32,450 nt of DNA from Patellaria atrata CBS 101060 (GCA_010093705.1 MU006093.1:731462-763911), one strand, 5' to 3'. Counted from the first letter of the stretch, positions 1 to 12,130 are shown. Numbers and translations: made by a program. Notes: a model not told the origin generated them from the letters alone.

Positions 1-748
1 TTCTTATTTTCAGAAAAGCGTTCATTCCAATCAGCTTCCATGACATCAAGCATATATTCTATCCACATTTTCCATCTCTCCCATCTTTTAGGCCATATTA
101 TTGAGCAATTGAATGCCCATCCCACAATATGCCAGAAATCTTCAGCATTTGCAAATATCGACTCCTCGGTTGCTAGTTTTGAAACGATAACGCGCTCGTT
201 GGGATCATCTTCAGAGGAATCAGAGCGTGCAGTCACTCCTCTACGCTTGCCTCCGCCACGCCGTGCAGAGTTACCCTTGGAGAAAGCGAAGGCTGTGGAT
301 GTATGCGTGTTTATCGCTCCCACTACTTTATTGATCGTGGCCAACGTTTGGAGGGCTATATTGGAGGCATTCGAGCGCTCGGGAGAGAGTGCTCTTGTAG
401 TTGTGGTCGGATGGACTACTAATGTAGCTAGAAAAGCTAGATGTTGTGGTGGAGGTATTAGAGCGAGATGTGCATGTTTTGGGGTTGAGGTGGAGGTTCC
501 TGCATTGGTGACGCTGGAGAGAAGACTCAAGCCTTGAATATCTGATCATCTCAGAGGTATTAGCTTCCTATCCAACCAAAGTAGAGTTTCTAGTTCGTAC
601 AATCACCTGCTTCAAAGTATACCGCATAATTATTCTGTATATCGTAGCTCATAACCTTTGCGGGGCGGTAGAAAAGTGTCTGAGTTAAGGCATGTTGCAA
701 AGGTATCTTAGAAACTGTAGAACTATTACTGTCAGAAGCACCTGACAT
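1..748 (-). CDS. Conserved fungal hypothetical protein, 5' part (continues beyond the left edge); possibly Nse5-like
   Basis: Not in the ORF track. Exon 748-601 reads MSGASDSNSS...RPAKVMSYDIQNNYAVYFEAGD. A GTACGA...GCTAAT...CAG intron spans 600-542. Exon 541-1 is open to the edge: YIQGLSLLSS...LIPPPQHLAFLATLVVHP...EDFWHIVGWAFNCSIIWPKRWERWKMWIEYMLDVMEADW. Splice phases are consistent. Confidence 0.8.
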
Positions 749-1651
749 CCTGAGTAGGTATGTCAATCTCGGTGCTCATACTTGTGTATGAAATTTGGAG
801 TCACGAATTGTATTCGACCCGATGTGGAGTACAAGGAATCGTAAAACGCGTCATCACATGACAAGACCATCAACCACTAACTTTATTAGGGTTAGTGAGT
901 TGGAGTTGGTGTTTCCCAGCTTTCACGTCGTCATAAGGTTTCCATCACCATGATGTCCTTCCTCTCTGCAACAATTGAATAATGATCATTACATGTCATT
1001 TTTCTCGCCCAAATCATATGCACAGCCACTTTAGAGAGACATGTATTGCTAAGAATAGCTACAGCCTACATGTCCCCGCTCAACGTCTATCCAACATGGG
1101 ATGATGTCATTTGATTGGCGTACAATGTATATAAAAGGCTTTCCCTAAAAGGATATTGTCAATGACTACTTACATACGCTTTGACGGCGTAAGGGAGCCC
1201 TTGAGGTACAGCAAGCTGAGCAATTTATTCCCAGCCATTCATCAGTAAGGTCTATCTTGTGTCTCCTAACTTACTACCTCGAACAACGCATTATATTATC
1301 TTCCAGCCCCCGAAGTGTCCATGTCTCGATGATGCACTGCCCCCATCCCCATCCTTCTGTCTGCAATGCTGCTTCCGCAACAACCGAGCCCTTGCACGAA
1401 TGACATAAACACGTAGATCCTGCTGACTTGGTCACTTGGTGCTGTAAGTTGTTTGTCTTGACTCGACTTATAAACACCGCGACTCACTACCAGACTCTCT
1501 TATTTTTTTTCTATCAAGTCGTCCATCAACATTTCTATTAAACTCAAACCCAAAGCAAACTTTCCTTCCTACAGACATTCCAAATCATAAAACCTTTCTT
1601 GATAGTCCACTCCATACCAAACACGCTCAACTCCATCATACATAATCCACA

Positions 1652-2502
1652 ATGGCAACTCTACCACAGCAGGTGCCACCGCAACCCCAATTCGCATCTA
1701 ACATGCCCCAAGTTGTTCCCCAAGCCGCCCCAGGAGCAGGACATCAGCATCAACCATTGAGTCACGACTCCGCCCAACATGCACCACCACCAGCAAAACA
1801 GGCACCCACAAGCACTACCACCGCAGCCCCAGAAACCGCTCACCTCTCCTCGGTCGGAACCGAAATCGGCATCTTCAAACCCTTCATCGCACAAAAATCA
1901 GAAACGCTCATCCTAACTGAGCGCTTCGGCCTCTCAGGCGACAGCTTCAGGATCCAAAACCTCGAAGGGCGCCCGATCCTGCAAGTCGAGGGCAAAGTCG
2001 CTACTATCAGCGGCAGGAAGATCGTCCGCGATATGGCAGGCAACGAGCTCTTCCATATCAGGAAGAAGCATTTGGCCCTGTTCCAAACCTTCTATGCCGA
2101 GGATAGTAAAGGTGAGCGCTTTTTCGAGGTTAAGGGTAAATTCGCGCGTAAGTTCAACCGACAACTATGTGTCTCTTCGCAAGTACTGTGCATGCAGTGA
2201 AAGTTAAGCAGCCTTACTGATTATTTTCTTCAGTTTTGGGTTCCAAAGCCGTAGGCACATTCCGCGGCTTCTCCGGCGAGGAACACCGCCTCACCATGGA
2301 AGGCAACTGGCTCAACAGCAAAGCCGACATCGTCGACGAGGCGACGGGCAAGACTGTCGCGACGATCAACCGCAAACGCTGGAACGCACGGGACCTCATC
2401 GGGGGCCAGCAGACGTATCAAGTCACCATCGCACCCGGCATGGATATGGCACTCATCGTCGCCATGTGCATCATGCTGGACGAGAGGCGGAACGAGAAGT
2501 GA
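1652..2502 (+). CDS. LURP-one-related / tubby C-terminal-like (DUF567) protein
   Basis: Exons 1652-2147 and 2234-2502; intron GTAAGT...CTGAT...CAG at 2148-2233. Motifs LSGDSFRI, GRKIVRDMAGNELFHIRKK and QTYQVTIAPGMDMALIVAMCIMLDE are typical of the family. P/Q-rich N-terminal extension. Confidence 0.88.
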
Positions 2503-3145
2503 GTAGCATAGACGTGATGCAATATCACGCCGCTACCTTGCTATTGTATATCTTATTTGCTCTGTTTATTGGCATGGGCTTTGGAAGGGGAAGGAGGCGT
2601 TCACGGGCTTCACGACAGATTCCCCAAACCAGCAACTCTCTACATTTCGAGATTCTCGTTGACACGGCTGTGATTTAGTGGATACAATAGACGGCGCTGG
2701 CAGTCGGGAGTGGCGGTAGTAGTCGATGGGCCCCAGTGGTAGGTAAAGATGCTTTAGATTCTAGTGACATGGTGGGACTGGCCGTGACTCACTATAAAAA
2801 ATTTTTTTATCATGAGATCGGATCTATCCTGATGATGTTTCTTTGAGCTATAAGCATGAGCGTGCATCGGTGTACTTGTATCGTGCTAAGGTGGCTCTAA
2901 TGGATAAGCGATATACCACTCTATTTACATCCCTGTATCCAATCTGCATGCTTATGTGAACTTTTGGATGATTAAAATGGCTCCGTATGGTCATCTCGGT
3001 CAATTTACAATATCCGGCCCTCATGTACTGTACAGAAGCCGGACACAAACGTGAGAAGAAGCCATTAGTTCCACCTTAACTTGACCATATGGTAGGTAGC
3101 AAAACATCTTACCCATCTACGAGGGTGAACACCATGTATCTTATA

Positions 3146-3170
3146 ATATGATATGATATGATATGATATA
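3146..3170. repeat. (ATATG)n microsatellite, 4 perfect copies plus 1 imperfect
   Basis: atatg atatg atatg atatg atata read directly. Confidence 0.85.
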
Positions 3171-3265
3171 CATTTGATTCCTGCTAGTCAAGCTAACTAA
3201 GCTATCACCTACATCTACGGCAGGTATAGGTATCGTAATCCACAAACCACATCGCACGACCCAAC

Positions 3266-3335
3266 AAAGTCAAGTCAAGTCAAGTCAAGTCAAGTCAAGT
3301 CAAGTCAAGTCAAGTCAAGTCAAGTCAATTCAAGC
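3266..3335. repeat. (CAAGT)n microsatellite, 11 perfect copies (3271-3325) with degenerate flanking units
   Basis: Direct reading: aaagt (caagt)11 caatt caagc. Confidence 0.97.
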
Positions 3336-3492
3336 TCACCTCCTCTCACAAGGTTTTGTATGATTCCACATCGCCCCTCTGGTCCCCGAAGTCCCTAAAC
3401 ATGCACAAAGCCGCTTATCTAGCGGTCTTTCCCAGAACTCCCCGAGTCCGAAGTAACAACACTCCAACCTCCACAAAAGTTCCTCTCACTCT

Positions 3493-6400
3493 TTACTCCG
3501 CCTTCTTCCCATCTCCATCGTCACCGAGAAGCATAGCCCTGAAATCCGCATTACTCTTCGCCGCATCCGTCTCCGCCTTCTCGCCACCAACCTCTTTGTT
3601 CCCATCCCCAGTCCTCGTTCCACCCAATCCCACTCCACCACTCCTGAAGCCCAAGCCTCCTCTACCGCCCCTCCTCGCACCCGGCTGAGCAGGCCGTTCC
3701 ACGATCCCGCTTCCCAGACTCTTCGCCTGCTTCTCCGGTTTGGGCCGCTTGGAAAACTTATCCCACTTCCTCTCTGGCTGCAACTTCATCATCTCCTCCG
3801 CCGTGCCGACTCTGATCATGCGTCCAGGAGCGATCTCGATCCCTTCGATTCCGAGACACGCTTTGCCCATGTCGTTGACGTTCTGGAACTCGACCAAAGC
3901 GCCCTGGTGATCGGGGCGAAGGATGACCTTAACGAGTGGGCCGTAGGGCTCGACGAGTGCGCGGATGCGGGCGTCGTTGACGGTATCGGGGACGTCGAGG
4001 AGGGCGAGCGTGCGTTCTTTGTAGTGGTGAGCGTCGGGGGTCGAGGCGCGACTTTCCTTGCTCATACTGCCTCGTCTACCGTTAGCGGACGGTTCGGGGG
4101 AAGCGGAGTTGAGTATTGTTGTGGCAGTACGTTTGGCGCCTGTGGCGGCCTCGGACGGTTTGATGTTCAACACGCGACCCGAAAGCTGCACTTCCCGCGA
4201 ATCAAAGCTCTTGATAGCTTGCTCGGCGTCCTCCTTTGTTGCCATGGTGAGGAAAGCGACACCCTTGTTTAGACCCTTGAGGGTGGTGGGCATACGGACT
4301 CGTTCGACTGTTCCGAAGGGAGTGAAGAGCTCCCTTACGTCTTCTTCCTTGCTCTTCCAAGAAATGTTTCCGACGAAGATTTCGCGGCCTTCGTACGCAG
4401 GACCATGACGCTCAGTTTTCTTTCCTGGGTCCGATATCTTGACGATAAGCTTGTGTTTCGGGTCAAGAACTTTGCCGTCAAGTTCGAGGGCTGCCTCAGC
4501 CTGTTCGGCCTTCAGGAACTGTGCGTAGCAGAAGCGTCGATGGGTGTTGAACTGAAGAGACGGAAAACGGATTTCCACAATCTCACCGTATGGTTTGAAG
4601 AGGTTTCGAAGGTAATCTTCGTCTGCTTCAGGGGGGAAGTTCGTAATCCAGAGCGTACTCTTGACCGCCCAGCTAACGGAGATTTGATGTCCATCGATCT
4701 CTCTTCCATCTCGACTAAGAGCAAATTCAGCTTCTTCCTTTGCGTTGAACTCCACTGCTGCTGAGTGTTCCCCTTTATCTTCGATTATAGAGATGAAATT
4801 GACCATACCGCATTCTCCAAAGAATTTCCGCAATTTCGTCTCGGTAATTCCGGGTGGTAAGTTCTTGACAGTTACAGTGGTGTTCTCCCGGTCTCGCTTC
4901 ATCTCTGTTTCCGTGGGTAAAACACCATCGACGGACTCTTCAGGTTTCACTTTCTTGGAAGTAGCTTCGGTAGAATCATCATCCCGCTTACGCTTAGTGG
5001 ACGTATTTGCATCCACATCCATGGGCTGTGAAGCTGAGAAGTCCCCCTGTTGGGTCTGAACTGCTGCAGCTTCTGCTTCCCTCTGTCTTCTCGCCCGAAC
5101 TTCATTCGTGCGCTTTCTAGCATCGATAATAGCTCGCTGAACCTGTTGCACATTTTCATGCTGCTCGCAGTGACTGAGATACATTGGAATTATCTGTTCA
5201 GGCCAATCCACTGTCTGTGTTCTGGAAAGAGCTTCGCTGAGCACATCAGTAGCAAGGCGCGGAATCGGTAGGTCTTGAGGGGTTCGATGATCTCTCATCA
5301 CAAACTTGGACCAGATTGCCATTTCCCAAATGTAATAGCGGTACCAGAAGTCATAGCTGTCGCCCTGTTGAGGTACAAGTTGTCGCCATAAAGCACGAGC
5401 TGCTTCCACATTGCCGCTCTGAGTAAAAAGCTTAATGTGAATGCGCTCTAAGCGGTAAAGACGATCACCCTTGTAGTCCTTTCCGTACCTCTTCTCACCA
5501 ATCTCTTTAACGTGCTCCAGTGCTGAGCGAATCCCAACTTCCGCGATGTCTTGCTCGTCTTCCCCGGCATGTGGTTCGAACGCACGACGTCGTAGATATC
5601 CGCACCATGTGATGTACACCTTGAGTAGCTCGTCCATTCCGGCTGCATCTAGGAGGCCCGTCTTTGTTGCGCGGTGCTTTACGTCTTCCATCTGTCCGAA
5701 ATCCTTACCTTCGGCTTCTAGTGCTAGTAATAGATGGGACCACAGATCACCAGACCAAGGACAATGCCTTGTCGCACGATCAAGGACCGAGAGAAGGGGT
5801 GGAAGCTGAGACTGAGGACGCTGGACTAGAAATTCGACGTAATCTTCCCATAAGTTTGCATCAGATGGAAAGCGCACGGTAGCTCGCTCAAACAGGGCAT
5901 TGATAAGATGTACACTAAAGACACCCTCTGTTCTGAGTTCCCAACCAAGATACTCCGAGTACGCATACCACTCTGCATCCCGATCGCCATTTCTAACTGC
6001 TTGAGAAATCTTGAGCTCGTACGATTCCCTAATGGTATATTGCTTTTTCGCTTGGGATGCTTTTTGCGTGGTCTCTGCCATGGTTCTTTCATAGTCTTTA
6101 GTATTGACATAACGAGTAACAAAACCAGAGAACATTTGGAATGTGTTTTCCCAGGTGCTATGTGGTTTGGTAAGTCGACTGATAAACAGGCTTCTCAAAT
6201 TGTTGACTTTTTCATGAGAGGAAGTTCTCTCTTGATCCATCCTCATGATTTCGATATAGCGATCCCAAACGATGTTACTATCATTTAAACGCCACTGGGT
6301 GGTATTTACGGCCTGGTCCCAGATAGTGATCATGGGTTCCCACCTGAAAACTTCCCGGCCTATTTCCTTATCCTCTTTTGACCACTTTTCTGTTGCATTT

Positions 6401-7464
6401 TCCGGATCGTGTGCACATGCCCAAAGGTGGTACATATATTCACCATATAACAACCATAGCGCTGCGCTGTTATGTTCTTCCAGTACGGCCTTACTACAGA
6501 GCTCCATAACAGCAACTCTGTCATCAACGTTTCTCGCTAAGGACTTCTCATCGTTGATCCAATCGATCCATAACTCTTCTCCAACTGGGAATCTCGAATC
6601 CATGACGCGTCGAGCTTGTCGAAGGTCTTCTAGTAATTCATAGGCATGGCCATCTGCAGAGTTAACGAAACCTTTATGTAATAGATTCACGAATCGAACG
6701 TGAGATGTGAAGTCGTAGGGGTTTTCTGAAACGTGCTTTGAGAGATCAGTGATAGTTTTAAGGTCTTCAGCGGAGAGCGATGCTGCAGCGTATACACGAG
6801 GTGGTTCCGGAGGTGTGTCCATTGTGAGGTCCTTTCCTGATCGCGATGAAAGTGAACGAGGTAAATTCCCGAGAGCGTAGCTATGACACTTGTTGTTAGT
6901 GAGACTGAGTAAAGTGGGGTAATATTTGAAATGATAGGGAGGTGACGCACCTGATCGAAGGTCGCGTTGATTCACTAGCTTGCCTCGTTGCCTGGTGATG
7001 CTGCATGGAAGCCAAGTCTACACACAAACCCCTATTATTAGCCTCTTCACAGCAAATTTATAGAATCCAAGTCAATGTCCCTCACCTGCTAATGTATCCA
7101 TGCCCGGAGTAGAGCCTTGCCGGTGAAGAGCAGGATGTGGAGGTGTTGCACGACTTTCCACATAAGGGTTTCTTGGCTCTGATGTAGGCGTAGTATGCGC
7201 ACTTTGATAATGTATTCCGTTTTGAACTATTGAAGATAGACCGGGAGACGGAAGGTTCGAGTGTTGCGCCTGGTACGCAGCATTGTACAGTTGCTCCTGC
7301 GGTTGTGGTGAAGATGTTATTTGTTGACTTAGTGAGGAAGACTTCCTCTTCGCTGGTCTGCCTGGTCTCTTTACCGGTGAGGCCTGTTTATGAGGAGAAG
7401 CTGCGGGAGACACATCGCGTGATACCGGCGAGTCCTCTGGCGAAAGGAGAGCACGAATATCCAT
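3493..7464 (-). CDS. PRP24: U4/U6 snRNP recycling factor Prp24/SART3 (HAT repeats, 4 RRMs, Lsm-interaction motif), about 1277 aa
   Basis: Exons 7464-7086, 7017-6951 and 6880-3493; introns GTGAGG...TAG (7085-7018) and GTGCGT...CTAAC...CATAG (6950-6881), phases consistent. HAT-type repeats (LWEDYVEFL, RATRHCPWSGDLW), RRMs (VTVKNLP, LWITNFP, IFVGNIS, LALLDVP) and C-terminal KSNADFRAMLL. Confidence 0.93.
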
Positions 7465-8145
7465 ATCGGAGTCGAGAAAACAGAGTTCTTCCTGCGGGTG
7501 ATTAGGGGAGGTTTGTCGGGATGGAAGGACAAGTGTCAAACGGAGCGTCTAGGGGGATATAGACATGGCATTCACTCATGTACGATGAATGAAGGTGAGG
7601 CAGCGGATAGATGAGGGTAGTGAAGCGCAAAAGTCGCATTCGCGATGATGGTTGTCGGTTGATGGAAAAAGGTTTCAAATTTGGCAATAGAGGTGTCGCA
7701 TCATCAACCTAATAATGATCCAAGGCTGGATCAATCATGATGGTGTGGCGCTGGCGCTTATGTCGCGAACATAGCACCCAACCTACGGCAGGGACTACGC
7801 CGCTACCGAGCCCACATCCCGGGTACTCAGGGCTGGTAGGGGTGCCCAGAATTGGGTGGTAGTCTGTAGTTAAGACAGCTGGTGGGGTTTGCAGCTGAAA
7901 CCCTTCTAGAATTCTACTCTTCTAAGAGTATGACAAGCTTAACTGCACAGTACAGAGGCACACTATCACCATCGACTTTGAGTGACGTCTTTACGCTCTG
8001 ATATCATAAGAGGTAGTCTATTTTACTATCTTTGCGTTGGGAAGTACGAATTTTGTTTGCATATTCCCCTTGATAAAACTCTTTTGACTGTAAAGCAAAA
8101 CGACTTACTTTACACCTGAGTGGCAACGGTGACACAACAGACATC

Positions 8146-9115
8146 ATGATCTCTATAGATGCTGGCTTGTCCGAAGATCAACTCCAATTTTGGGATGAAA
8201 ATGGCTATCTGCTCATACCAGAGGCCCTGGACCCCTCCACTGTCTCCGAGCTCGTAAACGAAACGCATCAGATGCTTGATAAACTTTCCCTGGAGGATCA
8301 TCCTATGACAAAATTTAGCACTGGTCAAGATGGAAATGCTCATGTCGGGGATGATTACTTTCTAACCAGCGGTGACAAAGTCAGGTTCTTCTTTGAAGAG
8401 GGTAGGTATTCTCTTTAGTTATCGGAAAGACGAATATCTAATCTGGATAGACGCATTCAGCAGCTCCGGTGAGCTCATTAAACCTAAGCAACGAGCGATC
8501 AATAAGATAGGACACTATTTGCATCATGAAATACCTTCTTTCCGAAAGATATCTCTTTCTCAGCAAAATACTCGAATAGCTCGTTCTCTTAACTTCCGGG
8601 ATCCACGTGTACTGCAGTCTATGATCATCTGTAAATCGCCAGAGATCGGAGGACGTGTACCGCCCCATCAAGATAGCACTTTCCTTTATACCAATCCACC
8701 GAGTGCTGTTGGATTCTGGTATGCACTTGAAGATGCCACTAAGGAGAACGGATGTTTGAGTTTCGCCAAAGGCAGTCATAAGAGGACTCCTATTAAGCAA
8801 AGATTCGTTAGAACTCCTCAAGGTGGAACTGGATTTATTGGCAATGATGGCGCTGAATTCCCAGAGGACATCCAGAAGCTACAACAGAATGGCACGGATC
8901 GCGTGAATGAGGAGGAAGAAGAATACACGATGGGAGAAGTTAAGGCTGGAACCTTGGTCTTAATACATGGTAATCTGCTGCATAAGAGTGAGAAGAACAC
9001 GAGCAGTAAAAGCAGATTCATTTATACTTTTCATGTCATAGAAGGCCAGCAGGAGTATGATGAGAAGAATTGGTTGCAACCTCCAGCAAAGGGGTTCTCG
9101 AGACTTTATTCATGA
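8146..9115 (+). CDS. Phytanoyl-CoA dioxygenase family (PHYHD1-like) Fe(II)/2-oxoglutarate dioxygenase
   Basis: Exons 8146-8401 and 8451-9115; intron GTAGGT...CTAAT...TAG at 8402-8450. Motifs YFLTSGDKVRFFFEEDAF, NKIGHYLH, HQD iron ligands, distal HGNLLHKSEKN and SRFIYTFH. Confidence 0.92.
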
Positions 9116-9254
9116 AACATTAATAAAGATACATATAGGACAGTACAAATAAACAAATCTTTACCAAGGAGAAAACTCTATCTTAAGAACTTTCAATATT
9201 TTCTGTCAAGTGTAAGGTAAACAGTCAACGACGATCTCGGACAGGGTGACCCCG

Positions 9255-9272
9255 ATCTTATCGCGATAAGAT
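9255..9272. promoter_or_regulatory. Perfect 18-bp palindrome ATCTTATCGCGATAAGAT (two inverted GATAAG sites)
   Basis: Self-complementary sequence seen directly, about 200 bp upstream of ATG 9476. Regulatory role is inferred. Confidence 0.5.
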
Positions 9273-9475
9273 AGTCAAAGTCTGTGCTTGCTCTATGTCT
9301 ACGACTTTAGTGAATGCAGGTTCCTCTCCAACGTTCGATGCGTTGACTACGCAATTGCTTTGCAACATGTTACTCCGGCCTAAAAGGTTCAGCTGCTCGC
9401 ATACATTTGCTTTCAGAGAAACGGACCATTACCATACTAACCCATAAACTCGAGGACTACACGACCTAAAAAGCC

Positions 9476-10062
9476 ATGGCGTCCATCTGGGCATCAATGA
9501 ACTATACACCTCCTCGCGGCGCATGTAATCACAAGGTATCTATATTCTCTCCAACATGTGCATGTCTTAGATTCATGCTGCATCCTCTCAAGGTACATAT
9601 CTTATACTTCTAGCTACCTTTCTACATTACCAACGCTATCTGACTGTTTCACAGGTTTCTACCTCATTCGAATGTGACGGCTGCGGTCATCACGCGTCAT
9701 TCCACAGCATGGAGAATAAGAACGAAGATGAGATTGTGAAACGTTGGCAGGTGGAGGATAAAGAGATAGAGGAAGCGCTGAATACTTCTGGAAATGCAAG
9801 GAAGAGACCGAGGAAAGTAACAGAAGAGTCCACGACCAATATTCGCCCGAGAAGAGCTATTGGTAAAGCAGATCACCAGGAGCAGGGACTCTCGGGGACT
9901 CTTGGTGCTAGGTCAGGGGGTTACATAGGAACTCTGGCGCCAGGTTCACTGTTACAAACTGTTACCTGGGGTACTATTGGTGGTTTTGTGCAAGAGATGT
10001 CCGATACAGGAGCTGGAGATGAAATGCAAGTGGTGAAGGTGAGAAGAGCAAGAAAGAAATGA
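9476..10062 (+). CDS. Small uncharacterised protein (174 aa) with N-terminal Cys/His putative zinc-binding module
   Basis: Exon 9476-9592 (MASIWASMNYTPPRGACNHKVSIFSPTCACLRFMLHPLK), intron GTACAT...CTGAC...CAG at 9593-9654, exon 9655-10062 (VSTSFECDGCGHHASFHSMENK...RRARKK). Good Kozak context GCCATGG. The ORF track shows only the part from 9709. Confidence 0.8.
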
Positions 10063-10407
10063 AGATATAAAGATATTGTTTTGCTTCATAGTGCGGTCTG
10101 TATCTTAGGTTTCACTGAATGGATGAGCGTCACCGCGTGGAAATGATTGCTTAGTAATATCTCACAGTAGGTACGGAATAAGAGTGAAAAGCGATTGAAT
10201 ACAAAATAGCCAAATACTCAACTATAAATATACTAATCTTCTTCGTGATATACTACTGGAATATACCTCCATTTCCAAGCGATGTTGGTCGAGTTATCTG
10301 CCTTATGATACCGTAAACGCTCCTTGCTACTCGACCTCTAAGCTCCGCATCTCAACATCAACAACTTTTGCGTTTACCGACACTAATTCCCCTGAAGCTG
10401 CTATAAG

Positions 10408-11892
10408 ATGAGTGCAGTATTTAGCAAGATTGCTCCCCGACTGATACCAAGAGGCTCACAATGTCCCAATAAAACTCCCCGTTTTGTTGTCGTCCAGCAC
10501 TTTCACCACCCATCGCTCCCATCTGTGCGCCACTATGTACTTCACGCGCAATCTCGCACCAAGGTCCCCTCGAAGATCCAATCTCTATCACAACAATGTC
10601 AACAGAGACAACAGAAGTCAACAGTAGAAAAAGGAAAAGAGTTATGGAGGGAGAACCCGATTTCTGTCTCCCTAGCCGCAATTTTGTAATACTCCTCCAC
10701 TTTTCTAGTACTTATATAGCACTGGGCACTAACAGTATTGTAGCATTCTTTTCGGTGCCGGCTGCCTCGTATTCGCCAACTACTTTTACATTCATTATAT
10801 CATCGGCGGCTTCTCACGCTACCCTGAACCCGTCGCCAAAAAGCTACGGCGGGCACTCTTCTATGCGAATCCTACCAATCTCGACATCAAAGAGGCGATC
10901 AAATATTACATGCAAGCTCTAGTGGTCGCGGACGAGATCGGTATGAACCCCTTCGGCGATGAGGTCATGGGAATCAAGGTCCATCTGGCCGCGTTCTTAG
11001 AAAAGCATCATAACTATAAGCCTGCGATTGAGATTCTGGAGATTATCAAGAAGGATTGTTTTAAGTGGGTGGAGGAATTAGGGCCGAAACATTTTGAGGA
11101 TGGGCATAGGACGCGGATGTTAAAGAGAACCGTTGAGCTAAATACGAAGTTGGGGGAGCTATATTCGAATGTATACGTTGACGAGAGAGATAAGGCGGAG
11201 GCTTGTTTGATTGAGGGCGCAGAGACTTATCTGAAAGAGAGGAATAGACGGAATAAACAAGGTATCAAGGAAGGCGAGGGTGACTGGATGAGTGAGGAGG
11301 AAGCTGGAGCATCCATGGAAGGTATATTCACTTCCGGCTCTCTGTCTGATTGAAATTTTCGATGCTAATAAGACTAGCACTGGCCCACAACTATGAGGAA
11401 AAGGATATGCACTATCTCGCAAGCCCCCTCTTTCTATCAGCTCTGTCCCTCTCGCCCCCCAACTCTTGCCACACCGTCATCCTCAGTAAAACACCTCTAG
11501 GTTCCCCAATCGGTGACCTAACATTACTAATGCATCCGATAGTGAATAATCTCGCAACCTCCCTTGCCCAATCACGCCCACCCCCTTCCGGCTACAACTC
11601 AGACCCTCAACCCTCACCACCCCGTGAAGTTCTTCTCTCCCAAGCCAAAGCCTGGGCACAAAAAGCCATAGAAATTTCTAAACAGATAAAATCTCCAAAT
11701 CGAACAGAAGAATGCGAGATAGGTTGTGCAACCGCAACACATAATCTTGGGGAACTTGCAGAAATGGCTGGGGAGATCGAAGAGGCGAGGAAAAGGTATG
11801 AGGAAGCAAGAGCTTTGGCTAAAAGGGTGGGGTTTGAAGAAGGGGTTAAGCAGGCCGAGGAAGCGAAGAGGAGGTTGGATCAGAGGGTGTGA
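10408..11892 (+). CDS. Mitochondrial TPR protein, Mgr3-like (i-AAA protease supercomplex adaptor)
   Basis: Exons 10408-10685, 10744-11321, 11378-11485 and 11543-11892. Basic presequence-like N-terminus, a TM segment, then YPEPVAKKLRRALFY, TPR-like helices, HTVILMNNLA and EECEIGCATATHNLGE. Confidence 0.78.
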
Positions 11893-12130
11893 GGGGTGAG
11901 AAGGCGGGATGTAAGATATATTGTGGTATGTACTATCAAGATACGCTTTATGAAACATAATGCGGTGTTTATTTTTCTATTCTCTGCCCTTAAGCTCACG
12001 AACCCATTGACCATTACTCCCCTTCATATTTCCCTTGGGTTGTGTAATCCACCTTAAATCCTTTGCACCTCTCATTTTCTCCTGTTAATACTTATGGATA
12101 TCGGTATACTATAAGTGGGTTTGGAGTTTA

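Noticed and set aside
40..537. 165-aa plus-strand ORF
   Set aside because: It is the antisense shadow of the minus-strand spliced gene and has no recognisable motifs.
3266..3335. Regular short repeats resembling a CRISPR array or telomeric tract
   Set aside because: There are no spacers, the context is eukaryotic, and the unit is CAAGT rather than TTAGGG; it is a simple microsatellite.
7072..7539. Stand-alone 155-aa ORF
   Set aside because: It is exon 1 of PRP24, joined in frame through two canonical introns.
9095..9115. SRL near the PhyH C-terminus as a peroxisomal PTS1, or a readthrough-derived PTS1
   Set aside because: SRL is followed by YS and so is not terminal, and the stop context TGA AAC is not the TGA CTA readthrough motif.
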